Below the pieces are notes generated by a model. The model worked only from the letters and a program-made list of their open reading frames with translations. It had not been told where the DNA came from and searched no databases. A stretch of DNA of 63,777 nucleotides, the filler included, from Octopus bimaculoides (taxonomy: Eukaryota): the NCBI RefSeq assembly GCF_001194135.2. It is 6 parts of 5 records of this genome, joined end to end, with 100 filler letters (N's around TTAATTAATTAA, not from the genome) between each part and the next. Parts side by side here need not be neighbours in the genome. Positions count along the whole stretch, not along the records: positions 35,286 to 43,552 come from NC_068985.1; positions 43,653 to 56,892 come from NC_068981.1; 4 more parts are not named here. One strand, given 5' to 3'. Made by a program: the position numbers and the translations under genes. Numbering within the stretch: the stretch's first letter is position 1; every line of letters begins with the position of its first letter. Shown here one piece after another: positions 41,821 to 52,228 of this stretch.

Positions 41821-43596
41821 ACTCAAGGATGAAATATTATTTGTGTTCATATTCGATTTTGTTCACCAGTAGGGCGGTGATAATGATTGTTAACTTGGAT
41901 TACTTTAATCTACATTTTGCCTGAATATTACAAAGTATTGTTCGTTAAAGGAAATATTTATTAGTTAATAATCTATGTAAAATGTATAGACCTCCACTTC
42001 AAAACTAGGAATTTGTGGTGGCATATCTTATCTTTCATCTGGAAACGCAACTACGATGAGGCATATTTGATGACGGGAAACCAGAGTATCGCCAGGTGAC
42101 CATTGTTTTCTTGGAAGGTACAAAGTATTAACTACTGACTGAAAGGTTATGCATATGACCATGTTGCGCCTTTCCTCGAAGGAACAACCAAGCGTATTGT
42201 AGTATAAAGAATAAAGAGTTAAAACTCAGAACAGAAGCCATGGAAAATTTGAATTTCCTTGACAGTTTGCATAAATGCTTAATCTGTAAGTTAACCATAC
42301 CACATAAATAACGTCAAACCTTCAACTTCTCAAAGTTTCATGAAATGATAAATGTGGATCCCCGTTTTCTCGGAAACAGCATTTGCTGTCCCACATAGCT
42401 AGGCCTCTAGTTTTTGCTGTGTTTATATAAATATGAAAAGAAAGACGTATATCAATGTCTGTAGACGTTGGTATATTGTTAAGGGTAAAATGTTGATTCG
42501 AGGGTGTCCTGTGTAAAGTATTAGCATAACATAATATTGATCTATTATATAAATAAAATGGTGTACAACATATACTTTCAAGTGCACGAATATTCTACAG
42601 AATATTCAATTGTCTATTTGCATATATATTAAATATGTATAAGTTGTATGATTGAGTATTGTACTCGGAGAATAATCTCTTGCGTGTAACGACAGCAACT
42701 GAAACTTCACGGCTGAGTAAATCTTTCAGTCTTTCAGGTTTACATTACGGACGAAAAATGTTTCGCTCCTGTATAAACACCCATTCACGTACAGCCACCG
42801 GCTCACAAACAGACATATACACATACACACACCTACACACACTGGCACACACACACACATGAATGAATATGAATAAACAAATATGTGTGTATGTGTATGA
42901 TTATGTATATATACATTCTAACTCCATTCTATCTGTAAACTGAATACAAGGTTATGTATATATAAATATATATNNNNNNNNNNNNNNNNNNNNNNNNNNN
43001 NNNNNNNNNNNNNNNNNNNNNNNNNNNNNNNNNNNNNNNNNNNNNNNNNNNNNNNNNNNNNNNNNNNNNNNNNNNNNNNNNNNNNNNNNNNNNNNNNNNN
43101 NNNNNNNNNNNNNNNNNNNNNNNNNNNNNNNNNNNNNNNNNNNNNNNNNNNNNNNNNNNNNNNNNNNNNNNNNNNNNNNNNNNNNNNNNNNNNNNNNNNN
43201 NNNNNNNNNNNNNNNNNNNNNNNNNNNNNNNNNNNNNNNNNNNNNNNNNNNNNNNNNNNNNNNNNNNNNNNNNNNNNNNNNNNNNNNNNNNNNNNNNNNN
43301 NNNNNNNNNNGTTTAGCACATTTTCATTTACCAATTATGGTTGTTTGGGTTCCGCTGGTTTTTGACGGCATTGCACGCAAAAATTTCTAGTGCAAAGTTA
43401 TTTCATTGAAAATATAGTCATGAATTTCTATATTCTCAGGCTTAATTGAGGACTGCAATATATACATATACATACAATATATACAATATATATATACATA
43501 TACATACATATATATACATGTATATACATATATATATATATGTATATATATANNNNNNNNNNNNNNNNNNNNNNNNNNNNNNNNNNNNNNNNNNNN

Positions 43597-43608
43597 TTAA
43601 TTAATTAA
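43597..43608. other. Artificial scaffold-join linker
   Basis: N44-TTAATTAATTAA-N44. Confidence 0.95.
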
Positions 43609-43837
43609 NNNNNNNNNNNNNNNNNNNNNNNNNNNNNNNNNNNNNNNNNNNNAGGTGGTAACGTAGAGCCATTTGAGTAAATCCCTTCAAGGAGGTGCCC
43701 CAGTATGGCCGCATAGTGGAACGGGTGAAACAAGTTAAAAGATAAATATTTTGGTTTGTTGCATATAATTTTTTTTTGTTTCTTTTTCTTTCATTGAAAT
43801 TCTTCTCGCCAATATTTTGTCCAGTGTAAGGCACCAA

Positions 43838-44250
43838 GTTGCAGGATCGCTAGTACGCCGGGCATCATGCTTTGCGGCATTTTGTCTGAGTTCAAAATCA
43901 GGCGGGGTCCACCCGGCCTTTCATCATTTCGGATTCGATAACATAAGTAGCATTTGAGTACTGCGGTGGATGTAACCAACCTACCCCCACCCCCAAATTG
44001 TTGGCTTTGTGCCAAAATTTGAAGTCAATATTTTTACAGTGTTTGGCTGTTTATCTTCTGTACAGTTCGCCGGACGAAATGCTTAGCTGTATTTCGTTTA
44101 TCTTTACGTTCTGAGTTCAAATTCCTCCGAGGTCGACTTTGCTTTCATCCTTTCGGGGTTTATAAATTAAGTACCAGTTGCGTACTGGGTCGATCTAATT
44201 GACTGGCCCCCTCCCACCAAATTTCGGGCCTTTTGCCTAGAGTAAAAAAG
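43838..44250 (+). mobile_element. Two SINE family B copies (diverged 43838-44030; 5'-clipped 44065-44250)
   Basis: gagttcaaa B box, gaggtcgactttgctttcatcctttcgggg, gggccttttgcctagag. Confidence 0.8.
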
Positions 44251-44264
44251 AATATTTATTTACC

Positions 44265-44481
44265 ATAAAGCGGCGAGCTGGCGGAAACGTTAGCACGCCG
44301 GGCGAAATGCTTAGCAGTATTTCATTAGTCTTTACGTTCTGAGTTCAAATCCCGTCGAGGTCGACTTTGCCTTTCATCCTTTCAGGGTCGATAAATTAAG
44401 TACCAGCTGAGTACTGGGGGTCGATCTAATCGACTGGCTCTCTCGCCCAAAATTTCGGGCCTTGTGCCTAGAGTAGAAAAG
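44265..44481 (+). mobile_element. SINE family B, complete copy with target-site duplication
   Basis: Full head to tail; aatatttatttacc repeated at 44251-44264 and 44482-44495. Confidence 0.9.
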
Positions 44482-44659
44482 AATATTTATTTACCGTCTC
44501 TGCTTGTCTTTTATTATGGATATGCATCAACTTTGCGTTCGCAAATCTGTGGCTAGAAATCTATTTTGATATCTTTATAATGGGGCGGATTCTCAATGGC
44601 ACTGATGACCTAAGCCTTTACAGCCAGGGACTGGTTCTACAAAAACTTTTAGTCTTGTA

Positions 44660-44876
44660 ACGAAGAGAATTTGGTGTCAAATTTTAGCACTTGACCAGCA
44701 ATTTTAGTGGGGGGAGGGGTAAGTGTATCACATCGATTCCACTGTTCAACTGGTACTTACTTTATCAACCCCTAAAGGATGAAAGGTAAAGTCGACCTCA
44801 GCAGAATTTGAGTTCGGACGAAATGCCGCTAAACATTTTGTCCGGCGTGCGAGCGATTCTGCCAGCTCGCTGCCTT
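44660..44876 (-). mobile_element. SINE family B, inverted relative to its neighbours
   Basis: aactggtacttactttatcaacccc..gaaaggtaaagtcgacctc..ctgccagctcgctgcc. Confidence 0.8.
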
Positions 44877-46298
44877 CTTCAACGAAAAGTCTTTGACAAA
44901 CCTAAATGACTGACTGAGTTAATTGGTTAAGAAGTTAACCAATTTACAAGTAAAAAAATAAAGAAATGAAAAAGAACAACGTCCTTCTCGAGATACAGCA
45001 AAATGTTTCAAACATTCGAGTGAACCCGAGACCAAGTTTCTTTTCAAACCAAGTACAAAAACGGAATAGTTCAATATTGTTTTCAGTCAATTTTTTTGCC
45101 AGTTTCTGCAGGGAATTGCAATATTCAAATCCCTTTTCAATCTCAGACTAGAAGCAACAGTTTATCGACTTTGCTTCACCGAGATTCTATAAACAACTGG
45201 ACGAATAAGTAGCGTTGCTTTTCAAAGCCTTACTACGAAGCTGTATAATATCATTTTTGCTGTAGTCTTCAGATTATTGAAAGCCTCCTTCGTTGTTTTA
45301 TCCTTCTCATTGCTGATTCATATCGTCCCCATCTTTTAAATTTGTTGACGCAAACCCATTTGTCCTTTTGTTTATGTTGAGTTTGCCATTTGTGTCAGTC
45401 AACCTGAATTTTATGATTGATATTTGTACCATCTGACCTTTGACACTTTATAAGTCACAAGTTGAAGAAGGCATCTCATTTTCTGTTCTCGTGGAAAATA
45501 TATGCTTTCTTCATCAGCTTTATTGTGGTGGAGGGTATTTTATGTGCAGTTTGTTTTGTTATGTTTTTGCAATTCATTAACACTACACTAATTACTGAAA
45601 AGGCAAAAGTAATTACAAGCGCTTTGGTATTCATTTTTATTGACATATTAACATAATATATGTACATAATTACTTTCTAAGCATTTTGTATTTCAGTACG
45701 TTGTACTCTGTCCTATGAAATACCATGACCGATGTATATAAGTATATATAGACAAGTTACAGATTTTACATGAAATATAATGAGCGAAGTAGGTTTGCTA
45801 GAATTTGCATTCGAGGAATTAAATGCATTCATTACATCGTCAGAAGGAAGTTATATTGTCTTCAAAACAATTTGTCCTATATTGTATTATAGTTCCATTC
45901 ATGTTTATGATGAATTGTAAAAATATAATTGAACCAAACACTCGAGAGGTATTTTGCTTTAACGACTCCAAAACGTTGAAATGGAATGTTAACAACGGTG
46001 GGATTTGAAGTCATAGAGATAAAACAGTGCGTGGAAAAATTGAGTAAAATGTGAAATTGGACAAACTACGAAATATAGAGTTTTACTCACCGGGGAATTT
46101 GGTAAAGCTAAACTAAAAATTCAACATATTGTCAAATTTTTAAATTCTGTTAAAATGTTTATGTTAACGATTATAAATAAAAATTCTTTTACAAGAAAAA
46201 TATGCGATCGTGTTCGATGATCTTAAATGATATGCGAAAAGTAAAGTGTAGGAGCTGAATAGTTGATCCAAATGTTCGAAATTGATTCGAGATAACGA

Positions 46299-47222
46299 TT
46301 AATGATAATCAGAGTACATGATGATCCTCAAAATATGCGCAGCACAAAGGAGAACCCAGTTTGTCCTTCGAGACAAAAATCCTTTATTACATTCTTTGCA
46401 TAGCCAAGGACAAGTAGGGCGTACATTTGTATATTTACATGATTCATGAGTTCTTAAACGGCACGGAAAAATTGGGTCAGAAAAGGAACAGTTTATCATA
46501 CAACGGGGTCCATGTATTTGATGATAATTTAAACAATGGCAGGAGCAGTCAAGTCTGTTCAGTGTACCGAAATTATAACAAGGACTGTTACCACAATCGT
46601 TCAGAGGTCGCTTGATTTGACAGCGTCGGTAGGGGTCTTGACCGTATGTATTTCCCGCAGGAGCATAATTACAAACATACAGCGTTCCTATGAACGAACA
46701 ACGTGACGCACCGCAGCCAATTAGAAGTGATGTCGACCACACTATCTGCGTGTAATGCCCGGTATTTTTCAATTTTTTGTTACCAAATTTATAATTTCTC
46801 CCTTCAGAATGCCAGGCAAATACGACGTTTTCCCAGTTCGGGAATCCTGCGGCAATATTTTGACCTACGCTATACTTTAGAGGTATACTTCTTTTAGAAT
46901 TTTCATCATGTTTATATTCACAATTATCGGCCCATTTCTGCGCAACGTAGGCCAGTTCATTATCCCAGTACATTTTAAACATATTACAGGCCGGAGGTTT
47001 AACACTACTTCGATAAGCATTATGCATGTCGACTATGGCATTTTTATCCTTCTCACTCACATACAGGGATTCTATTAACTCAGGCGACTTTTCAAGACAT
47101 GCAGTGTGCTTTTCTTTATGCCAAAAATTTCTTGGGCAATTTCCTTCCGAAATACATACACGCATCGCCACTGTAATTACAATTAAGTATTTTAAATACT
47201 TGAACGTCATTTGGTTTTTCAT
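46299..47222 (-). CDS. Secreted CAP-superfamily (CRISP/antigen 5/PR-1) protein with C-terminal EGF-like and ShKT-like Cys-rich modules; CDS uninterrupted by introns
   Basis: 307-aa ORF, ATG to TAA, no internal stop. Hydrophobic N-terminal signal-like segment (YLIVITVAMRVCIS). CAP motifs HNAYRS, MYWDNEL, GQNIA, WHSE, GHYTQIVW, IGCG, LYVCNYAPAGN. Then CGNSPCYNFGTLNRLDCSCHC..GPRC (EGF-like) and C-x8-C-x7-C-x8-C-x3-C-x2-C (ShKT-like). A at -3 of the ATG. Confidence 0.95.
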   Translation of the reverse strand: MKNQMTFKYLKYLIVITVAMRVCISEGNCPRNFWHKEKHTACLEKSPELIESLYVSEKDKNAIVDMHNAYRSSVKPPACNMFKMYWDNELAYVAQKWADNCEYKHDENSKRSIPLKYSVGQNIAAGFPNWENVVFAWHSEGRNYKFGNKKLKNTGHYTQIVWSTSLLIGCGASRCSFIGTLYVCNYAPAGNTYGQDPYRRCQIKRPLNDCGNSPCYNFGTLNRLDCSCHCLNYHQIHGPRCMINCSFSDPIFPCRLRTHESCKYTNVRPTCPWLCKECNKGFLSRRTNWVLLCAAHILRIIMYSDYH

Positions 47223-47259
47223 TGTAATAAATCGAGGCAGACTTCCCCAGCTTTCCTGT

Positions 47260-47275
47260 CCTAGAGAAAGGTTTT
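47260..47275 (-). promoter_or_regulatory. Candidate splice acceptor of a 5'UTR intron upstream of the CAP ATG
   Basis: Minus strand reads aaaacctttctctAG|gacagg, about 38 nt upstream of the start codon; the pyrimidine tract is short. Confidence 0.25.
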
Positions 47276-48078
47276 CTCATTCCAAAAATTCTCGATATTT
47301 ATTACACAATTGAATTACTGACAAAAAATACGTCTTTTAAGTTCCCTTATTCCAACTATATTGTTTTTATTATTAATCAAAGTTGGATACTCGTGCGTCA
47401 ATGTATTTTCAAACAAAATTATTTTGATAAATTCTTAGTTGACAAACCTGTAAGTTGTGTAGCAGGATGCTTATGGAGTACATTAAACCTTCTAAGATAA
47501 TCCTTTTGATATAACATCTTAGAAATTGAAATTTAAACTTCTTCCAACGGCAACGCTCAACGAACGATATTACAAGTCACGTCATATGACGCAGGAAGTC
47601 TGTTTCCTCTCAAGAAATGAGCGTTTGTATCCATCCCACTTCTCTCTTGGCGAACCATTTCAATAATAAAAAATGAATGACTCATTGAATTCAAACATTT
47701 ATTCTAAATAATATTTAACCTAAATAACATCATTCATTCTAAATAAATAATGTCTTAATTTGTGGACAGATTTTCCTTGCAAAAGCAATTAAATCATATA
47801 CTTTTCAAGTAAGGCGATTAAATACTAAAATTCACTCCCTTTACTCGAAGAGAGAATCATTTTATTGTCAGCAGAAATATTAGCTTCCAGAACGTTTCCC
47901 CGCCTTATTTTGGCTGTTGTGCTTCCAGAAGAATGATTTGTCTAAAAGCGATAAATTGAATTCTATTTCAAGGCAGATACAAAATGGTTTATAAGAGAGA
48001 TATCAAAACGGCATAGACTAAACGATACTCAGTTTTACCAAATTCCCAAACAGCCATTTTTAACATTCATGATGTCTA

Positions 48079-48508
48079 TCTTTTACTTGTTTCAGTCATT
48101 AGACTGCGGCCATACTGGGGCACGACCTTGAAGTATTTTTTGTAGTCGAACGAATCAATTCCAGTACTTTTGCTCTTAGACTAGAAATTATTCTATTGGT
48201 CTCTTTCGCCGAACCGCTAACTTACGGAGACGTTAAGGCACCAACACCGGGTGTTAAGCTAGTTACGGAGTCGTAAACGCAACACCAATTGTCAATCGAT
48301 GGTGAGGGACAAACACATGCACAAATACATGCACCCCCGTCACATATATATAAATACACGACCCGCTTCTTTAAGTTTCTGTCCATCAAATCCACTCACA
48401 GTCATTTTGTGGTCTCGAGGCTGTGGCAGAAGACCCTGACCCTTGTCCAAGGTTCCACAGAGTGGGACTAAATTTGGAAGCACGTGGTTGAGAGGCAAGC
48501 CTATATTT
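48079..48508 (-). mobile_element. SINE family A
   Basis: tcttttacttgtttcagtcattagactgcggccat..ccgaaccgctaac..aaatccactcaca..agagtgggact. Confidence 0.8.
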
Positions 48509-48534
48509 ACATAAGAGATAAGACTCTCATTCCC

Positions 48535-49612
48535 GTTGGCAAACGACCCAGTTCAATAAGTAGGAAAGGAGTGGGATGTAATTCCATTTGCTGCACCAAG
48601 TGTAAGCTATGGACGCATAAGGGATGCAGTGGAAGTGCAGGTAGGTTAACAGATGAGGTTGTTTTTGCGTGTGGCAGATGCGCAGGAACAGTAAGTACGA
48701 AGAGCACGATGGACTTAAGCTCTCTCAAAATCTCAGCAGGATCTCTTGACGTAGTTGATAGTTTCTGTTATTTAGGTGACCAAATTAGTAACAGTGGTGG
48801 ATGCTCTGAAAGTATTGTCTGTAGAATAAGAATAAGGTGGATAAAGTCCAGAGAAGTAGTACCTCTGTTGGTAGCAAAATGACCCTCTCGCAGAATGAAA
48901 AGTAGATTGTATGATGCTTGTGTGAGAACAGCTATGTTACATTGTAGTGAGACATGGGCACTGACGGCGGAGGACATGCATAGGCTCGAGAGGAATGAAG
49001 GTAGTATGCTTCATTGGATTTGCAACATCAGTGCGCATGACCGACAAAGCAAAATTGTGTTGAGAGGAGAAAAATTGGGCGTAAGAGGGATTAAATTTGC
49101 CATGTAGGAGATAAAAATGCACTGGTTTGGACATGTGATGAGTATGAGTAAAGACAGATGTATACAGCAGTGGTTGGTACTTGTGGAAGAGGGAGACTTA
49201 AGAGGACATGGAATGAAGTGGTGAGGACCGACCTTAGGATGTGCGGGCTCAAGGAGGAAATGACAGTGGACGGAGATGTTTGGCGATATGAGGTTCTAGA
49301 GAAGACCCAGCCACATTTAACAACACACTTTTCACCCACTCTACCACAAGAAATCAAACTACAACTCCTCTTCTAATTGCATCTTTCTCTTCCTCACACA
49401 TTTCCTCTTCATAAATTAAGATTGCTTTCCTATCCCCTTTCTTGCCCTCACTGCCCTGCTCACTGTACTCCCCACACCCCCAAAGCTCACTCCCTATTTA
49501 TCTAACCAGGTTCTACGCTCATATTCTTGTTACTTGAGTATGCCCAAACATAACACCATCTCTCTTCTACTCTCTCTTAAAATGTTGCTGTTTCCTCTCT
49601 CTCTCTCTCTCG

Positions 49613-49677
<65 letters not shown>

Positions 49678-50490
49678 ACTTGGTCTCTCTCTTTCACTTG
49701 GTCTCTCTCTTTCACTTGGTCTCTCTCTTTCACTTGGTCTCTCTCTCTCACTTGGTCTCTCTCTCTCACTTGGTCTCTTTCTTTCACTTGGTCTCTCTCT
49801 CTCTCTCTCTCTCTTTCAATATATATATATATGTATATATATATCTTTCTCTTCTCTTGTTTTTCCTGTGACTAGATAACCAAGTATCTCCTTTCCATCA
49901 GTACACTTGTTTCTGGTCTCATCTTGTACCTCTCTCTCTCTATCACTGGGTCACCATGTACCTCCTCTACAGCAAGACCCCCTTTTCTGCCCCTCTATTT
50001 CTCTGTTACACTCTAACCGTTAGTCATCTGATACTGGATCACCTCTTCCAATGCCCCCTCCGTTATAGCAAGACACCTGTTTCTGCCTCTGTTTCGTTCA
50101 CCCTCTAACCTTTCATCCTCTGACACAAGTTCCCCTCCTCAAATGCCCCTGCCCCTCTCATAATTCCTTGTCTTATGAGTTATTTGGTTACCCTGCCAAT
50201 GTTCGTGAAACGTTAAAAGCACCCAGTCTACACTGTAATGTGGTTTGCGTTTGGAAGGGCATCCAACTGTAAAAATCATGCCAAAACTAACTTCCACTGC
50301 GCTAGTGCCATGTAAAAGGCACTGAATCCACTCTGTAAAGTGGTTGGTGTCCGGAAGAGCATCCAGCCATAAAATCCCTTCCAAAACAGACGCACTAGTA
50401 TAGGGTAGTTTTTCTATCTGTCCGGCTCATGTCATCCGTCCTCCTCATGCATGCATTAAAGATGGACGTTAAACGATGATAATGATGATG
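48535..50490 (+). mobile_element. 5'-truncated RTE-clade LINE: decayed ORF 3' part (48535-49315) plus long 3'UTR ending in a (GAT)n tail
   Basis: KGVGCNSICCTKCKLWTHKGCSG, VVDSFCYLGDQI, RLYDACVRTAMLHCSETWA, HWFGHVM and RGRLKRTWNEVVRTDL, with stops and frameshifts; ends gacgttaaacgatgataatgatgatg. The extent of the 3'UTR is inferred. Confidence 0.8.
49674..49795. repeat. 18-bp minisatellite (ctttcacttggtctctct) x7 embedded in (CT)n
   Basis: cacttggt recurs at 49677, 49695, 49713, 49731, 49749, 49767 and 49785. Confidence 0.95.
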
Positions 50491-50594
50491 ATAATATATG
50501 TGTTTGTGTATACACAAACACACACACACACACACATATACATAATAAATAAATGAGGATGCAAAATAGCACCTACAGTTGCTAGAAATGAGAG

Positions 50595-50627
<33 letters not shown>

Positions 50628-50631
<4 letters not shown>

Positions 50632-50912
50632 TTAGGGAAAATAACCAAGTTTCAAGAACTCATCGATGGAAATCCACTATCACATATAGAAAAATTCATA
50701 ATTAAAAGCACAATAAATGAGTATAATATAAAGTAAAGTAAATATCATAAGATAAATATTTATTTTTTATTTATTTTATTATATTTATCTTATGATATTT
50801 ACTTTACTTTATATTATACTCATTTATTGTGCTTTTAATTATTAATTTTTCTATATGTGATAGTGGATTTTCATCGATGAGTTCTTGAAACTTGGTTATT
50901 TTCCCTAAACTA
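50628..50912. mobile_element. Foldback (long-TIR MITE-like) palindromic element
   Basis: 50628-50759 is the reverse complement of 50781-50912 with only about 3 differences by eye; 21-bp AT spacer; flanked by TA runs. Confidence 0.85.
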
Positions 50913-51361
50913 TATATTTTATATATATTTTATNNNNNNNNNNNNNNNNNNNNNNNNNNNNNNNNNNNNNNNNNNNNNNNNNNNNNNNNNNNNNNNNNNN
51001 NNNNNNNNNNNNNNNNNNNNNNNNNNNNNNNNNNNNNNNNNNNNNNNNNNNNNNNNNNNNNNNNNNNNNNNNNNNNNNNNNNNNNNNNNNNNNNNNNNNN
51101 NNNNNNNNNNNNNNNNNNNNNNNNNNNNNNNNNNNNNNNNNNNNNNNNNNNNNNNNNNNNNNNNNNNNNNNNNNNNNNNNNNNNNNNNNNNNNNNNNNNN
51201 NNNNNNNNNNNNNNNNNNNNNNNNNNNNNNNNNNNNNNNNNNNNNNNNNNNNNNNNNNNNNNNNNNNNNNNNNNNNNNNNNNNNNNNNNNNNNNNNNNNN
51301 NNNNNNNNNNNNNNNNNNNNNNNNNNNNNNNNNNNNNNNNNNNNNNNNNNNNNNNNNNNNN

Positions 51362-51424
<63 letters not shown>

Positions 51425-52114
51425 ATACAAAATGGGACAAGAACGCAAAACATCCAGACAGTTTGGTGATACAAGAAAGGGACAACAAAACAGCCAGACA
51501 GATAATACAAACAAAACAAGGACGGGTCATTCGGAGCTTTCTGTCCTCAGTCGACTTCCAGATTATCTTTGCAATTTCGGCTGGTTATACTCGAGATTGC
51601 CCCAATCTGGTGAGCCCCACCCACGGAAAAACTAAGCTAAGAGCACCAGCAATGAAGAGCACTGGTAGACCTGGTCGGCTCTATGCATGATGACACCTCT
51701 GGGCCCACTAACTTGGAATGACCTCAGCCACATCAGGCAAGAGCATGAAACCAAGCTAAGCCATTTCTTATTGCAGTAAGTTGTCGGCTGTCTATCTATC
51801 TATATGTGCGTGTGTGTGTGTGGAATGATGTTCAACATCTGGTCTAACACTCGATCAACTACGATTGCAAAGACAGTATTATACGTAGTGTAATATGCAG
51901 GCCGCCAATAGACCAGTTACTGCGGTATTTGTATCAAGAGGAATACCGCACTTATTGACCCTTTTAACGGTTTAAAATAAACTGAGTATGGTGCAAAGAT
52001 GGCTGTTTTTATTCAATACCGGTTCAATTGTATCTAACGGATGCACACACACACTCGCCCACAGACACACACACAAACACATACACACACATATGCATAT
52101 GTAAGTTTGTGCGT

Positions 52115-52130
52115 CTATGTGTGTGTATGT

Positions 52131-52227
<97 letters not shown>
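52115..52227. repeat. (GT)n dinucleotide microsatellite
   Basis: Direct reading. Confidence 0.95.

Positions 52228-52228
<1 letters not shown>

Noticed and set aside
45549-45939. Weak inverted similarity (atgaattg.aaaaa.ataa) downstream of the CAP gene
   Set aside because: Only about 19 bp of AT-rich match; compatible with chance.
49674-49795. Regularly spaced repeats considered as a CRISPR-like array (also 22901-22956)
   Set aside because: No unique spacers of constant length, eukaryotic context, and no cas genes.
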